A stretch of 64,000 nucleotides of DNA from Gammaproteobacteria bacterium (lineage in GTDB: Bacteria > Pseudomonadota > Gammaproteobacteria > Ga0077536), in assembly GCA_016874535.1 (NCBI GenBank), contig VGUA01000004.1, positions 249 through 64,248 on the forward strand, given 5' to 3'. Of the stretch, positions 39,677 through 53,149 are shown piece after piece; position 1 is the first letter of the stretch; the number at the start of each line of letters is the position of its first letter. A program made the position numbers and the translations under genes. The notes under the pieces are model-generated. The model was not told the origin of the DNA, did no database searches, and saw only the letters and a program-made list of their open reading frames with translations.

Positions 39677-41566
39677 ATGCGATATCCCGAGACATTCGAT
39701 GTGATCGTGGTTGGCGGCGGGCATGCTGGCACCGAGGCCGCGCTGGCGAGTGCGCGCATGGGCGCGCGCACCTTGCTGCTCACCCACAGCATCGAAACGC
39801 TAGGCGCCATGTCCTGCAATCCCGCGATCGGCGGCATCGGCAAAGGCCATCTGGTGCGCGAGATTGATGCGCTGGGCGGCATCATGGCGGTGGCTGCCGA
39901 CCACTGTGGAATCCATTTCAAGCGACTGAACGCCAGCAAGGGGCCGGCTGTCCGTGCCACGCGTGCACAGATTGATCGTGCTCTCTATCGCTCATTCATT
40001 CGTGATGCGCTCGAGCGCCAGCCCAATCTGCAACTGTTCCAGCAGGCTTGTGACGATCTGGTGGTGGAAGGTGATCGGGTCTGCGGGGTGGTCACGCAGG
40101 CGGGGCTCATCTTCTCTGCGCCTACCGTGGTGCTGACCGTGGGCACATTCCTCGGTGGGCTGGTACATGTGGGGGATGCCACCTACGCGGCGGGCAGGGC
40201 GGGAGAGCCGCCGGCCAACCGTCTGTCGGCGCGCCTGCGCGAGCGGCAATTGCCGGCGGGGCGCCTCAAGACGGGAACGCCGCCGCGACTGGACGGCAAC
40301 ACCATCAACTACGCGGTGCTTGAAGCCCAGGCGGGCGACACGCCGGAACCGGTGTTCTCCCATCTTGGTGATCCGGCGCAGCATCCGCGCCAGACCGTCT
40401 GCCACATCACACAGACCAACGAGAAGACCCACGAAATCATCCGCCAGGGCATAGACCGCTCACCCATGTACAACGGACAGATTGAGAGCACCGGGCCGCG
40501 GTACTGTCCGTCGGTTGAAGACAAGGTCATGCGCTTCGCCGGTCGCGAGGCGCACCAGATTTTTGTCGAGCCGGAAGGCCTGCAGACCCGCGAGGTCTAC
40601 CCCAACGGGATTTCGACCAGTCTGCCCTTCGACATCCAGTGGGCGCTGATGAGGTCGATCCGTGGCTTCGAGTGCGCACATATCACCCGGCCCGGATACG
40701 CCATCGAGTATGACTACTTTGATCCCCGGGAAATCATGCCTTGGCTTGAGACCCGATCGATCAAGGGACTGTTCTTTGCAGGCCAGATCAATGGCACCAC
40801 CGGTTACGAGGAAGCGGCTGCGCAGGGCCTGGTGGCGGGCGTCAATGCCGCCCTGCGGGTGCAGGATCGGTCACCCTGGTATCCGCGGCGGGAGGAGGCT
40901 TATATCGGGGTCCTGATTGATGATCTGGTCACCCGCGGGACCACCGAGCCCTATCGAATGTTCACGAGCCGGGCCGAATACCGGCTGCGCCTGCGTGAAG
41001 ACAATGCCGATCTGCGCCTCACGCCCCAGGGGCGTGCCCTGGGTCTGGTGGACGACGTGCGCTGGGCACATTTTGAACGCAAGCGGGATGCCTTCGAGGT
41101 CGAGCAGCGGCGTCTTGAGGCCACCTGGATGAGTCCGGACAGGTTGCCGGCCGACGTGGCCACCGAGGTACTGGGCCAGGCACTGCGCAAGGAGCAGAGT
41201 CTGGCCGAGCTGCTGCGGCGCCCCGAGGTGGACTATGCCGCACTGATGAACCTGCCCGGTGCAGGCCCCGGCGTCACCGACGTTGCCGTGATCGAACAAC
41301 TCGAGATCCATGCACGGTACAGCGGTTACTTCGCACGCCAGGATGAAGAGATCGAGCGGGCCCGTCGACACGGGGACACCACCGTGCCGCAGGACTTCGA
41401 TTACCGTCAGGTGCGCGGCCTCTCCAATGAGATTGTGGCCAAGCTTTCCAGCCATCGCCCCCACACCCTGGGGCAGGCGGCACGCATCTCCGGCGTGACT
41501 CCTGCCGCCATCTCCCTGCTTCTCGTGCACCTGAAGCGCGGGGATCGGCGCGTGGCGGCCGGCTGA
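39677..41566 (+). CDS. mnmG: tRNA uridine-5-carboxymethylaminomethyl(34) synthesis enzyme MnmG (GidA)
   Basis: [26 protein letters not shown] motif. Full-length GidA colinearity. Confidence 0.97.
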   Translation: MRYPETFDVIVVGGGHAGTEAALASARMGARTLLLTHSIETLGAMSCNPAIGGIGKGHLVREIDALGGIMAVAADHCGIHFKRLNASKGPAVRATRAQIDRALYRSFIRDALERQPNLQLFQQACDDLVVEGDRVCGVVTQAGLIFSAPTVVLTVGTFLGGLVHVGDATYAAGRAGEPPANRLSARLRERQLPAGRLKTGTPPRLDGNTINYAVLEAQAGDTPEPVFSHLGDPAQHPRQTVCHITQTNEKTHEIIRQGIDRSPMYNGQIESTGPRYCPSVEDKVMRFAGREAHQIFVEPEGLQTREVYPNGISTSLPFDIQWALMRSIRGFECAHITRPGYAIEYDYFDPREIMPWLETRSIKGLFFAGQINGTTGYEEAAAQGLVAGVNAALRVQDRSPWYPRREEAYIGVLIDDLVTRGTTEPYRMFTSRAEYRLRLREDNADLRLTPQGRALGLVDDVRWAHFERKRDAFEVEQRRLEATWMSPDRLPADVATEVLGQALRKEQSLAELLRRPEVDYAALMNLPGAGPGVTDVAVIEQLEIHARYSGYFARQDEEIERARRHGDTTVPQDFDYRQVRGLSNEIVAKLSSHRPHTLGQAARISGVTPAAISLLLVHLKRGDRRVAAG

Positions 41567-42199
41567 GTGGTGCCTCTGGATGCGATTCGGGCGGCGGCTG
41601 TCGCACTGGGTCTCGCGCTGCCCGAGGAGGCGTTGACCAGACTGGATCGCTATGTGGCGCTGGTCTTCAAGTGGCAGCGCCTCGCCAATCTCACCGGTGC
41701 GCCGGATGAGTCGGTGTTCGTTGCCGAGCACATCGCGGATTGCCTCGCGATTTTGCCGTGGATTGGGGACGCACCCTTGGCCGATATCGGCAGCGGCGCG
41801 GGCCTGCCGGGACTCGTCATCGCCTGTATCCGGCCGGAGCTGGAAATCGCCCTGGTGGAGCCACGGGCCAAGCGTGCCCGCTTTCTGCAGCAGTGTGTGA
41901 TTGATCTGGACTTGCCGCGTGTGCGGGTCATCAACCTCAAAGTGGAAGAGTGGCAGCCGGCCGCACTCCCGGAGGTCCTGATTTGTCGGGCGCTCTCCTC
42001 ACTGGAGAGCTTCGTGGACTCGACTCGCCACCTGCAGACACCCGTTGGCCGCCTGCTGGCCATGAAGGGACGCATTCCCGAGGATGAGCTTGCCGCGCGG
42101 TGGGCCGCTGCCTACCGGGTCAACGTGCATCCACTGCAGGTGCAAGGGCGCGATACGCGGTGCCTGGTGGAGTTGCGTCCTGGTTCCGGGTCGGCCTGA
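41567..42199 (+). CDS. rsmG: 16S rRNA (guanine527-N7)-methyltransferase RsmG (GidB)
   Basis: GTG start directly after the mnmG stop. [17 protein letters not shown] motif. Confidence 0.9.
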   Translation: MVPLDAIRAAAVALGLALPEEALTRLDRYVALVFKWQRLANLTGAPDESVFVAEHIADCLAILPWIGDAPLADIGSGAGLPGLVIACIRPELEIALVEPRAKRARFLQQCVIDLDLPRVRVINLKVEEWQPAALPEVLICRALSSLESFVDSTRHLQTPVGRLLAMKGRIPEDELAARWAAAYRVNVHPLQVQGRDTRCLVELRPGSGSA

Positions 42200-42302
42200 G
42201 GGACCGGCCCGGGTTTGTGCCATAATCCGGCCCGCCAGAACGCCGCCAACGGCGAAAAATCCCCCCTGGCGAGCCTACATTCCAGAGAGCCCAGGACTTC
42301 GC

Positions 42303-43094
42303 ATGGCCAAGGTCTTCGCGATCGCCAACCAGAAAGGTGGGGTGGGAAAAACCACCACCAGCGTCAATCTCGCCGCCTCGCTCGCAGCCACCCGGCGCCG
42401 CGTGCTGCTGGTCGATCTGGATCCTCAGGGCAATGCCACGATGGGCAGCGGGGTGGACAAGCACCAACTGCAACTGTCGAGCTACGACGTGCTGCTCAAT
42501 GGCGCCAGCGTGGCGGAGGCGCGCCTCCCGGCGGCGGAAGCCGGCTATGACCTCCTGCCGGCCAACAGCGACCTCACCGGCGCGGAAGTCGGCCTGCTGG
42601 AAGAAATCGGGCGCGAACTGCGTCTGCGCATGGCGCTGGAGCCGGTGCTGAGCGATTACGCGTATGTGATCATCGACTGCCCGCCCTCGCTCAACATGCT
42701 GACCGTCAACGCGCTGGTTGCGGCCGAAGGCGTGATCATCCCCACCCAGTGCGAATACTTCGCGCTGGAAGGGGTCTCCGCCCTGATGGACACCGTGGAA
42801 AAAATCCGCCGCATCCTGAACCCGAGGCTGCACATCGAGGGGCTCCTGCGGACCATGTTCGACCCCCGCAACAATCTCGCCAGCCAGGTTTCCCAGCAAC
42901 TGCTCCAGCACTTCGGCGAAAAGGTCTACCAGACCGTCATCCCCCGCAACGTGCGTCTGGCCGAGGCTCCCAGCCATGGCCTGCCGGCATTGCTCTACGA
43001 CAAGTCTTCCAGTGGAGCGATGGCCTATCTGGCCTTGGCCGGCGAGATGCTGCGGCGGGAGGAGACATCGCCGCGCACCGCAGTCTCCACATGA
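42303..43094 (+). CDS. parA: chromosome partitioning ATPase ParA (Soj)
   Basis: [25 protein letters not shown] deviant Walker [13 protein letters not shown]. Confidence 0.95.
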   Translation: MAKVFAIANQKGGVGKTTTSVNLAASLAATRRRVLLVDLDPQGNATMGSGVDKHQLQLSSYDVLLNGASVAEARLPAAEAGYDLLPANSDLTGAEVGLLEEIGRELRLRMALEPVLSDYAYVIIDCPPSLNMLTVNALVAAEGVIIPTQCEYFALEGVSALMDTVEKIRRILNPRLHIEGLLRTMFDPRNNLASQVSQQLLQHFGEKVYQTVIPRNVRLAEAPSHGLPALLYDKSSSGAMAYLALAGEMLRREETSPRTAVST

Positions 43095-43110
43095 AACGGG
43101 AAAATCCAGC

Positions 43111-43974
43111 GTGAACAAGAAACGTGGCCTCGGCAGGGGGCTCGATGCCCTGCTCGGGATAGGCGCCGAAAAACCCACGCCCGACGAAAGCCAGGGAGAC
43201 ACCCTGCGGCTGCTGCCCGTGGACCTGATTCAGCGCGGCAAATACCAGCCGCGGCTGACCATTCACCCGGAAGCGCTGCAGGAACTGGCGGATTCGATCA
43301 AGGCGCAGGGCCTCATCCAGCCGGTACTCGTGCGGGCCTTGGGCGAGGGTGGGCGCTATGAGCTGATCGCGGGTGAACGCCGCTGGCGTGCAGCGCAGCT
43401 TGCCGGCCTGACCGAACTGCCTGCCATCGTGCGCGCGGTGCCTGACCGTACAGTGATGAGCCTCGCGATCATCGAGAACATCCAGCGTGAGCAACTGAGC
43501 CCGCTGGAAGAGGCCCAGGCCTTGCAACGGCTTCTCACCGAATTCGGCATGACGCACCAGGAGGTGGCAGCGGCCATCGGCCGCTCGCGGGCAGCGGTGT
43601 CCAATCTGTTACGCCTGCTGGAGCTCGGTGTGGATGCCCGGCGACTGCTCGAAGAGGGTGCGCTGGAAATGGGCCATGCCCGGGCCTTGCTCGCGGTCAA
43701 GGGCGCAGAGCAGGCGCGCCTTGCCCGGTTGGTAGCAGAGCGGGGCCTTTCGGTGCGCGCAACCGAGCGACTGGTTCGCCAGTCGCTGGAGGGTGGACCG
43801 CAGGGCAGGACACCGCCGAAGCCCGATGCGAATGTCCAGAAGCTGGAGGCCGATCTCGGCGAGCGATTGGGTGCCGCGGTCACCATCAAGCACGGCCGCA
43901 AGGGCAAGGGCGAACTCGTTATCCGGTACAACTCACTCGACGAACTCGACGGGATTCTGGCCCACATCCGCTGA
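43111..43974 (+). CDS. parB: chromosome partitioning protein ParB (Spo0J)
   Basis: In-frame GTG 43111. KRGLGRGLDALL, the GERRWRAA box, and the HTH QEVAAAIGRSRAAVSNLLRLL. Confidence 0.93.
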   Translation: MNKKRGLGRGLDALLGIGAEKPTPDESQGDTLRLLPVDLIQRGKYQPRLTIHPEALQELADSIKAQGLIQPVLVRALGEGGRYELIAGERRWRAAQLAGLTELPAIVRAVPDRTVMSLAIIENIQREQLSPLEEAQALQRLLTEFGMTHQEVAAAIGRSRAAVSNLLRLLELGVDARRLLEEGALEMGHARALLAVKGAEQARLARLVAERGLSVRATERLVRQSLEGGPQGRTPPKPDANVQKLEADLGERLGAAVTIKHGRKGKGELVIRYNSLDELDGILAHIR

Positions 43975-44032
43975 TCGAATTGACCTCGATCAATCCGTCC
44001 GGGAGCCCCGGCTGCAGTTCATGCTCTGGTAT

Positions 44033-44062
44033 TTGACGCGTGCAAACAGATCTCTCTACAAT
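44033..44062 (+). promoter_or_regulatory. sigma70-type promoter for the atp operon
   Basis: TTGACG (44033-44038), an 18-bp spacer, and TACAAT (44057-44062), about 50 nt upstream of the atpI ATG. Confidence 0.6.
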
Positions 44063-44113
44063 CCTGCATCCTTGGCTTATTGCACTGCAAAGTGACGCGC
44101 TCCAAGGCGCGCC

Positions 44114-44488
44114 ATGAGTGACATCGGCTGGCATCGGACGTTGCTCATCACCATCGGGTTGCAGCTCGGTATCGTGATGGTGGCTGGCCTGGGCGCCGCG
44201 CTGTTCAGCACGCGTGCTGCGGTGTCACTGATCTTCGGGGGCGTGGCCGTGGCAGTGCCGAATGCACTGCTGTCGCTCTACCTCTGGTCGAAAGCGCGCA
44301 TCGTTCGCGCGCTGTCAGCCGCTACCTTCATGGTGGGCGAATCGCTGAAGCTGGGTGCAATCATCGCATTGCTGTTCATCACGGCGAGGGTGCTGGGCCA
44401 TGCAATCGTGTGGCCGGCGTTGGTAGCAGGGGTTTTCCTGGCACTGAAAGGACAATGGCTGGCCGTGTGGTTCACGCGGGACAGCTGA
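44114..44488 (+). CDS. atpI: ATP synthase protein I
   Basis: Small 4-TM protein in the first position of the atp operon. Confidence 0.8.
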   Translation: MSDIGWHRTLLITIGLQLGIVMVAGLGAALFSTRAAVSLIFGGVAVAVPNALLSLYLWSKARIVRALSAATFMVGESLKLGAIIALLFITARVLGHAIVWPALVAGVFLALKGQWLAVWFTRDS

Positions 44489-44553
44489 GGCGGGAAGGGT
44501 CCGAAACCCACCCTGGCAGAACTCGAACAAGCGATAGTTGAGCGCAGTACCAA

Positions 44554-45357
44554 ATGGCCACCGGACACGAGCTGACACCTACCGGCTACATCAAGCACCA
44601 CCTGACGTTCAACGCGCAGGCCGGCGAGACGCCTTTCTGGACCTGGCATCTGGATACGGTCGTTACCTCAGTGGTTCTGGGAATTCTTACCTTCGGCTTC
44701 CTGGCCTGGGTGGTCAGTGGGGCCACGTCCGGCGTGCCGAACAAACGCCAGGCATTCGTCGAGCTCCTGGTGGAATTCGTGAACGACCAGGCCAGAAGCA
44801 TCTTCCACGGCGATCTTCGCTTCATCGCGCCTCTCGCACTCACGGTATTCGTCTGGGTGTTCTTCATGAACGCCATGGATTTCCTGCCCATCGACATCAT
44901 GGCCCTCATCTACAAGCACGTGCTGGGGCTGGAATACTGGCGCTCGGTTCCCACGGCCGACGTGAATACCACTTTTGCTCTCGCCCTGACCGTCTGGTTC
45001 CTGATGATTTTCTTCGCCATCAAGGTAAAGGGTATCGGGGGGTTCATTCACGAACTGTTCTGCGCCCCGTTTGGTGGCAATCCCGTACTCTGGCCTTTCA
45101 ACTTCCTGTTCAACCTTGTTGAGTACGTCTCCAAGCCGCTTTCCCACAGTCTCCGGCTCTACGGCAACATCTATGCCGGTGAAATCATCTTCATGCTGCT
45201 CGGCCTGTGGGCCGCGACGGGTGTTGCAGGGACGATCTTCGGAGGAATCCTCTCGGCAGGGTGGGCCATCTTCCACATCCTGATCGTCGGACTGCAGGCC
45301 TTCATTTTCATGATGTTGACGGTCGTCTACATCGCAATGGCGCATGAAGGCCATTGA
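44554..45357 (+). CDS. atpB: F0F1 ATP synthase subunit a
   Basis: [15 protein letters not shown] carries the essential Arg motif. Confidence 0.96.
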   Translation: MATGHELTPTGYIKHHLTFNAQAGETPFWTWHLDTVVTSVVLGILTFGFLAWVVSGATSGVPNKRQAFVELLVEFVNDQARSIFHGDLRFIAPLALTVFVWVFFMNAMDFLPIDIMALIYKHVLGLEYWRSVPTADVNTTFALALTVWFLMIFFAIKVKGIGGFIHELFCAPFGGNPVLWPFNFLFNLVEYVSKPLSHSLRLYGNIYAGEIIFMLLGLWAATGVAGTIFGGILSAGWAIFHILIVGLQAFIFMMLTVVYIAMAHEGH

Positions 45358-45371
45358 CATCGTTTTATTGA

Positions 45372-45680
<309 letters not shown>

Positions 45681-45725
45681 GCCAGAAACCGCTTCCAGAC
45701 CTCCAGCGACGGGGATACTGCAACG

Positions 45726-46196
45726 ATGAATATCAATTTCACGTTGATCTCGCAGGCCGTCTCGTTCGCGATTTTTATCTGGTTTACCGCACGCTTCGTG
45801 TGGCCACCGCTGATGAAAGCGGTGGAAGAGCGCCAGAAAAAGATTGCGGATGGACTCGCGGCCGCGGATCAGGGCCAGCAGCAGCTGGCCCAGTCACAGA
45901 GCCGCGCACAGGAAGTGCTCAACGGCGCCAAGCAGCAGAGTCAGGAGCTGGTGGCAAACGCGCAAAAACGCTCTGACGAGATGATCGAGCAGGCCCGTGC
46001 CACCGCAAAGGCGGAAGGCGAGCGCCAGATCGCCTCGGCCCAGGCGGCGATCGCGCAGGAGGTCCAGCAGGCCCGTGAAGCACTCCGCGGACAGGTTGCG
46101 GCACTGGCCCTCGCCGGAGCGGAGCAGGTCCTGATGCGCGAAGTCGATGCCGAACGGCATCGCGAAGTGCTGGAAAAACTCAGCGCGCGACTTTAG
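45726..46196 (+). CDS. atpF: F0F1 ATP synthase subunit b
   Basis: N-terminal TM, then a long charged helix. Operon position. Confidence 0.93.
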   Translation: MNINFTLISQAVSFAIFIWFTARFVWPPLMKAVEERQKKIADGLAAADQGQQQLAQSQSRAQEVLNGAKQQSQELVANAQKRSDEMIEQARATAKAEGERQIASAQAAIAQEVQQAREALRGQVAALALAGAEQVLMREVDAERHREVLEKLSARL

Positions 46197-46210
46197 GCGA
46201 AAGCAGACAG

Positions 46211-46750
46211 ATGCAAGAGAACCTCACGGTCGCAAGACCCTATGCGCAAGCTGCCTACGAACAAGCGCGGGCGGAAGGCACCCTGAGCGCCTGGTCCGAT
46301 GCGCTGGCCTATCTGGCGGCGTTGGTTGCGGACGAGGAAATGCGTCGGCTGATCAACAATCCCAGAGTGGGCCGGGACCGTCTGGCCGAGGCGATCCTTG
46401 ACATTGCGGGGAGTCGTTTTGGCGATACCTTCCGCAATTTCGTCAAGGTCCTGAGCAGTGCGCAGCGCTTGGGTGTGGCTGGCGAAGTTGCTGAACTGTT
46501 CGAGCGGCACCGTGCGGATGCCGAAAATTTCGCGAATGCCGAGATCGTGACGGCCTATCCCCTTGCCGCAGAACAGGAAACGCGTATCGCACAAGCGGTG
46601 CAGCGAAGACTGGGTCGCGAGGTGCGAATCCGCCAGCGTGTGGACCAGAACCTCATCGGAGGCGCCGTGGTTCGCGTGGGTGATTCCGTATTTGACCTGT
46701 CGCTGAAAGGCGGCCTTGACCAGCTGGCAAACCTATTCAATTGGAAATGA
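46211..46750 (+). CDS. atpH: F0F1 ATP synthase subunit delta
   Basis: OSCP-like. ARPYAQAAYE N-terminus. Operon position. Confidence 0.93.
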   Translation: MQENLTVARPYAQAAYEQARAEGTLSAWSDALAYLAALVADEEMRRLINNPRVGRDRLAEAILDIAGSRFGDTFRNFVKVLSSAQRLGVAGEVAELFERHRADAENFANAEIVTAYPLAAEQETRIAQAVQRRLGREVRIRQRVDQNLIGGAVVRVGDSVFDLSLKGGLDQLANLFNWK

Positions 46751-46807
46751 GCCTGTGCGGCGCGGGTCTCAGGAAGACCCCGCCAACGGCAGGAACGAGG
46801 ACATCGC

Positions 46808-48349
46808 ATGCAAATCAGCGCTACTGAAATCAGCGAACTCATCAAGAAGAAGATTCACGAGTTCGACCTGGCGACGGAGGCCCGCACCGAGGGCACTGTG
46901 GTCAGCCTGTCCGATGGTATTGCGCGTATTCACGGCCTGTCAGACGTGATGGCAGGCGAGATGATCGAGTTTCCCGGCAATACCTTTGGCCTCGCACTGA
47001 ACCTGGAGCAGGATTCGGTCGGTGCGGTGATCATGGGTGAGTACCAGCACATCCGCGAAGGGGATGTCGTCCGCTGCACCAAGCGAATCCTTGAAGTGCC
47101 CGTGGGCGACGCCCTGCTTGGCCGCGTGGTGAATGCCCTGGGCCAGCCGATTGACGGCAAGGGCCCGGTGGAAACCCAGCTCTCTTCTCCCATCGAGAAG
47201 ATTGCTCCGGGCGTGATCTGGCGCAAATCCGTGTCTCAGCCCGTGCAGACCGGACTGAAATCCATCGACGCCATGGTGCCGGTGGGTCGTGGTCAGCGCG
47301 AACTGATCATCGGCGACCGCCAGACCGGCAAGACCGCGGTCGCGGTCGATGCGATCATCAATCAGAAGGGCACCGGCATCAAATGCATCTACGTTGCGAT
47401 CGGGCAGAAGGCTTCCTCGATCAACAACGTGATTCGCAAGCTCGAAGAGCACGGTGCGATGGACCACACAATCATCGTTGCTGCCAGCGCCTCCGAATCG
47501 GCCGCACTCCAGTACATCGCCCCCTACTCGGGCTGTGCGATGGGCGAATACTTCCGCGATTCCGGCCAGGACGCCCTCATCATCTATGACGACCTGACCA
47601 AGCAGGCTTGGGCCTACCGCCAGGTGTCCCTGCTGCTGCGCCGCCCACCGGGCCGCGAAGCCTATCCGGGTGACGTGTTCTATCTCCACTCCCGCCTGCT
47701 GGAACGAGCCGCGCGCGTGAACGAGGAGTATGTGGAGCGCGAGACGAACGGCAAGGTGAAGGGCAAGACCGGCTCCCTGACGGCACTTCCCATCATCGAG
47801 ACCCAGGCTGGCGACGTGTCGGCGTTCGTGCCGACGAACGTGATTTCCATCACCGACGGTCAGATCTATCTCGAGACCAACCTGTTCAACTCGGGCTTCC
47901 GGCCTGCGATCAACGCCGGTCTGTCCGTGTCACGCGTGGGTGGTGCTGCCCAGACCTCCATCATCAAGAAGCTTGGCGGTGGCGTCCGTCTGGCACTCGC
48001 GCAGTACCGTGAGCTTGCCGCCTTTGCACAGTTCGCCTCGGATCTGGACGAAGCCACCCGCAAGCAGCTGGATCGCGGCCAGCGCGTGATGGAGCTGATG
48101 AAGCAGAAGCAGTACTCCCCGCTGTCCGTGGCGGAAATGGCGGTATCCCTGTACGCGGTGGACCGCGGCTTCCTGGATGACGTGGAAGTGAAGAAAATCG
48201 GCCCCTTCGAAGCCGCGCTCCATGGCTACATGAACAGCGCCAAGGCTGATCTCATGAAGAAGATCAACGATACCGGTGACTTTGGTGCGGATGTCGACAA
48301 GGCCTTGAACGAAGCCATCAGCCAGTTCAAGCAGACCCAGACCTGGTAA
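46808..48349 (+). CDS. atpA: F0F1 ATP synthase subunit alpha
   Basis: GDRQTGKT Walker A. 513 aa. Confidence 0.98.
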   Translation: MQISATEISELIKKKIHEFDLATEARTEGTVVSLSDGIARIHGLSDVMAGEMIEFPGNTFGLALNLEQDSVGAVIMGEYQHIREGDVVRCTKRILEVPVGDALLGRVVNALGQPIDGKGPVETQLSSPIEKIAPGVIWRKSVSQPVQTGLKSIDAMVPVGRGQRELIIGDRQTGKTAVAVDAIINQKGTGIKCIYVAIGQKASSINNVIRKLEEHGAMDHTIIVAASASESAALQYIAPYSGCAMGEYFRDSGQDALIIYDDLTKQAWAYRQVSLLLRRPPGREAYPGDVFYLHSRLLERAARVNEEYVERETNGKVKGKTGSLTALPIIETQAGDVSAFVPTNVISITDGQIYLETNLFNSGFRPAINAGLSVSRVGGAAQTSIIKKLGGGVRLALAQYRELAAFAQFASDLDEATRKQLDRGQRVMELMKQKQYSPLSVAEMAVSLYAVDRGFLDDVEVKKIGPFEAALHGYMNSAKADLMKKINDTGDFGADVDKALNEAISQFKQTQTW

Positions 48350-48371
48350 AGCCTGAACCAAGGAACTCCCC

Positions 48372-49232
48372 ATGGCCGTAGGCAAAGAAATCCGGGTCAA
48401 GATCGCAAGCGTGCAAAACACGCAGAAGATCACCCGTGCGATGGAGATGGTGGCCACCAGCAAGATGCGCAAGGCGCAGGAACGCATGCGGGCGACACGC
48501 CCCTATGCGGAGAAGATGCGCAATGTGATCGCCCACGTCGCGGAGTCCAATTCCGAATACCGGCATCCCTTTCTGGTGTCGCGCCCGGTCCGTCGGGTCG
48601 GTGTCATCGTCGTCTCTACGGACCGCGGTCTGTGCGGTGGCCTGAATTCAAATCTCTTCCGGCAACTCATCCAGCAGATCAAGCGCTGGCAGGGGGAACA
48701 GGTCGAGTTCGAATTCTGCACGGTGGGCCGCAAGGCCGCGCAGTTCTTCCAGCGCATCGGGGGCAAGGTGACCGGCCAGGTGAGCAAGCTGGGCGACCAG
48801 CCGCACATAGAACAGCTCATAGGTGCGGTCAAGATCATGCTCGACGCCTACATCGACAAGTCGATCGACGAGATTTACGTGGCCTCCAATGACTTCGTGA
48901 ACTCGATGACCCAGAAGCCGACACTCGAACAACTTGTCCCGCTGAAGGCGCAGGACAGCAGTTCGTTGCCCGCCCACTGGGATTACATCTACGAGCCAGA
49001 GGCGAAGGAAGTCATGGACCACCTCCTCACGCGGTATATCGAGTCGCTCGTGTACCAGCGTGTGGTCGAGAACATCGCCTGCGAGCAGGCGGCGCGCATG
49101 GTCGCCATGAAGAGCGCCTCGGACAATGCCGGCAAGCTCATCAAGGAGCTCCAGCTCATCTATAACAAGGCCCGCCAGGCCGCGATCACCCAGGAGCTCG
49201 CCGAAATCGTCGGCGGCGCCTCGGCAGTCTGA
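48372..49232 (+). CDS. atpG: F0F1 ATP synthase subunit gamma
   Basis: [26 protein letters not shown]-type N-terminus and the C-terminal [12 protein letters not shown]. Confidence 0.97.
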   Translation: MAVGKEIRVKIASVQNTQKITRAMEMVATSKMRKAQERMRATRPYAEKMRNVIAHVAESNSEYRHPFLVSRPVRRVGVIVVSTDRGLCGGLNSNLFRQLIQQIKRWQGEQVEFEFCTVGRKAAQFFQRIGGKVTGQVSKLGDQPHIEQLIGAVKIMLDAYIDKSIDEIYVASNDFVNSMTQKPTLEQLVPLKAQDSSSLPAHWDYIYEPEAKEVMDHLLTRYIESLVYQRVVENIACEQAARMVAMKSASDNAGKLIKELQLIYNKARQAAITQELAEIVGGASAV

Positions 49233-50657
<1,425 letters not shown>

Positions 50658-50681
50658 TTCCACGAAGCGGAGCACAGGTCC

Positions 50682-51104
50682 ATGTCCAGCATCCATGTCG
50701 ACATCGTGAGTGCCGAGCGCGAAATTTTCTCGGGCGACGCGGCCATGGTATTTGCGCCTGCCGTGCTCGGTGAAGTCGGTATCGCACCCGGGCATGCGGC
50801 CATGCTCACCCGCATGGGGCCGGGCGAAGTCCGGGTGCAACTTCCCAGCGGGGAGCAACAGGCTTTTTATGTCTCCGGCGGTATGCTGGAAGTGCAGCCC
50901 AAGGTGGTAACGGTACTGTCCGATACCGCCATCCGGGCCCACGATCTCGATGAGGCCGCCGTGCTGAAGGCCAAGCAGGAAGCGGAGGACACCCTCAAGG
51001 ATCGTTCGGGCAAGCTCGATATTGCCAAGGCCCAGGCGGAGATCGCCGAGCTGGCGGCCCAGCTGCAGACCATCCAGCGCTTGCGGCGGCGTGCGGGAGG
51101 CTGA
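50682..51104 (+). CDS. atpC: F0F1 ATP synthase subunit epsilon
   Basis: 140 aa. VDIVSAEREIFSG N-terminus. Last gene of the operon. Confidence 0.95.
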   Translation: MSSIHVDIVSAEREIFSGDAAMVFAPAVLGEVGIAPGHAAMLTRMGPGEVRVQLPSGEQQAFYVSGGMLEVQPKVVTVLSDTAIRAHDLDEAAVLKAKQEAEDTLKDRSGKLDIAKAQAEIAELAAQLQTIQRLRRRAGG

Positions 51105-51158
51105 GCCAATGCGGGGGTGAAGCCCGCCCCTATGTTTGGCGCTGAACCTGCGTTGAAG

Positions 51159-51180
51159 AAAGGCCTCTCCGGAGGCCTTT
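51159..51180 (+). terminator. intrinsic terminator after atpC
   Basis: AAAGGCCTC-tccg-GAGGCCTTT perfect 9-bp stem followed by CGGCTTTCTG. A weaker hairpin lies at about 51108-51130. Confidence 0.6.
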
Positions 51181-51281
51181 CGGCTTTCTGGGGGTGACGC
51201 CTTGGTCTCTTTCCCACGGGGTGTGCGGCACCCTTCGCCGCCGACTATGATTCGACCGTGACACTGGAGGGACGGCGCGGT

Positions 51282-52646
51282 ATGGAACTATGCCTATGCA
51301 TTCTGGCGGCGGGGCAGGGCAAGCGGATGAATTCCGATCTGCCCAAGGTGCTCCACCCCATCGGGGGCCAGCCGATGATTGGCCACGTGCTCGCCGCGGC
51401 GGCACAACTCACCACCTCCCGTCCGGTCATCATCCATGGCCATGGTGGTGCACGACTGCAGGACTTCTATGCCGGCCATGATCTGACCTGGGTGATCCAG
51501 GAACCACAGCTCGGCACCGGACATGCAATGCTGCAGGCCCTGCCTGTCCTGTCGTCCGGCTCGCTGGTCCTCATCCTGTACGGCGACGTGCCGCTGCTGT
51601 CCGCTCCCACACTGAAACGATTGGTGGAAGCCGCCGAACCTCAAGGGTTTTCCCTGCTGACAGTCATTCTGGACGATCCCACCGGTTGTGGACGGATTGT
51701 CAGGGATGAGCATGGCCGGATCGTTCGCATCGTGGAGCACAAGGACGCCAGCCCGGATGAATTGCATCTGACGGAGGTGAACACGGGCGTCATGGCCGTG
51801 CGTGCGGAGTATCTGCAGCGCTGGTTGCCAGCCCTGCGCAGCGAGAACGCCCAAGGCGAGTACTACCTTACTGACTGCGTGGCGATGGCCGTAGCGGAGG
51901 GCATTCCGGTGATTGGTGTAACACCGGACAGTGCGATGGAGGTGACCGGCGTCAATGATCGCCGGCAACAGGCGTTGCTGGAGCGTGCCTTCCAGGCGAT
52001 GCAGGCGGAAGAACTCATGCGTGGTGGTGTGAGCTTGCGCGATCCGGCGCGACTGGATATCCGCGGGGAACTCGTCTGCGGCAGGGATGTGTGCCTCGAC
52101 GTCAATGTCGTCTTCGAGGGCAAGGTGAGGCTCGGCGATGGTGTACGCGTCGGTCCGAACTGCCTCATTCGGGACTCAGTCCTCGAAGCCGGCGTCGAGG
52201 TCCTGGCGAATACGGTGATCGAACAGGCAACCATCGGCAGTCACAGCAAAGTTGGTCCCTTCGCGCGCATCCGCCCCGAAACCATCCTCGGCACGGATGT
52301 ACACATCGGCAACTTCGTCGAGGTGAAGAAATCCGTGATTGCCGAGGGCAGCAAGGTCAATCATCTGTCCTATGTGGGCGATGCGGAGATCGGACGCGCA
52401 GTCAACGTGGGCGCCGGCACCATTACTTGCAATTACGACGGCGCCCACAAGCATCGCACGGTGATTGAAGATGACGCCTTCATCGGCTCCGATACCCAGT
52501 TGGTGGCACCGGTGCGGGTGGGCAAGGGAGCAACGGTGGCTGCAGGCACCACGGTGACCGAGGATGTGGAACCCGGGCGACTGGTGATCAGTCGCGTGCG
52601 CCAGAAAACGATTGCGGGCTATCAGCGACCCCGCAAGGACAAGTGA
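51282..52646 (+). CDS. glmU: bifunctional UDP-N-acetylglucosamine pyrophosphorylase / glucosamine-1-phosphate N-acetyltransferase
   Basis: GGAGGG precedes ATG 51282. ILAAGQGKRMNSDLPKVLH, and C-terminal left-handed beta-helix hexapeptide repeats. Confidence 0.95.
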   Translation: MELCLCILAAGQGKRMNSDLPKVLHPIGGQPMIGHVLAAAAQLTTSRPVIIHGHGGARLQDFYAGHDLTWVIQEPQLGTGHAMLQALPVLSSGSLVLILYGDVPLLSAPTLKRLVEAAEPQGFSLLTVILDDPTGCGRIVRDEHGRIVRIVEHKDASPDELHLTEVNTGVMAVRAEYLQRWLPALRSENAQGEYYLTDCVAMAVAEGIPVIGVTPDSAMEVTGVNDRRQQALLERAFQAMQAEELMRGGVSLRDPARLDIRGELVCGRDVCLDVNVVFEGKVRLGDGVRVGPNCLIRDSVLEAGVEVLANTVIEQATIGSHSKVGPFARIRPETILGTDVHIGNFVEVKKSVIAEGSKVNHLSYVGDAEIGRAVNVGAGTITCNYDGAHKHRTVIEDDAFIGSDTQLVAPVRVGKGATVAAGTTVTEDVEPGRLVISRVRQKTIAGYQRPRKDK

Positions 52647-52655
52647 GGATTACCG

Positions 52656-53135
52656 ATGAGCAAAGCACTCGCTGATCTCTATGACGAACATGGCGAGGCG
52701 CTGCGGGTTGCCGCCCCTCTTTTCCACGACTACGGCGCCAACATCCAGTTCGAGGGTCCGGTCTGCATCCTCAAAGTCTTCGAGGACAACACACTGGTTC
52801 GCGCGATGCTCGAGAAGCCCGGTGAGGGACGGGTTCTCGTGGTCGATGGTGGAGGCTCCCTGCGCTGCGCGCTGGTGGGCGATCAACTGGGCGAGCTCGC
52901 AGTGAAGAACGCCTGGGCAGGCCTCGTGGTTTATGGCTGCGTTCGGGATGTGGAGGCGTTGCTGCAACTTCCGGTCGGCATCAAGGCGCTGGGCAGCAAT
53001 CCACGCAAGAGCGTGCGGCGCGGGGAGGGGGTGCAGGACATCCCGGTCCGTTTTGCGGAGATCTGCATCCAGCCGGGTGATTACCTCTATGCGGATCGCG
53101 ACGGCATCATCGTCGCGGACCACAAGCTCGCCTGA
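52656..53135 (+). CDS. rraA: RraA family protein (ribonuclease E activity regulator / HMG-CHA aldolase fold)
   Basis: DLYDEHGE..V..P.F..YG, VLVVDGGGSLRCALVGDQL and GLVVYGCVRD. Confidence 0.88.
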   Translation: MSKALADLYDEHGEALRVAAPLFHDYGANIQFEGPVCILKVFEDNTLVRAMLEKPGEGRVLVVDGGGSLRCALVGDQLGELAVKNAWAGLVVYGCVRDVEALLQLPVGIKALGSNPRKSVRRGEGVQDIPVRFAEICIQPGDYLYADRDGIIVADHKLA

Positions 53136-53149
53136 GAGGGAAGACGGCA

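Noticed and set aside
39568-39867. An ORF with an excellent Shine-Dalgarno sequence (AAGGAGG, 39571-39577, 5 nt before GTG 39583) just upstream of, and overlapping, mnmG.
   Set aside because: The product is Arg/His-rich nonsense that runs about 190 nt into mnmG in another frame, and it resembles no family. It is probably fortuitous, although the Shine-Dalgarno-like element is striking.
42200-44113. parS sites near parAB.
   Set aside because: I found no TGTTNCACGTGAAACA-like 16-mer by eye. CCCACGTGGG (22991-23000) is only the central core and lies inside trxA. GTGAAAgTTTCAC (2405-2417) has the half-sites in permuted order. A computational scan is still advisable.
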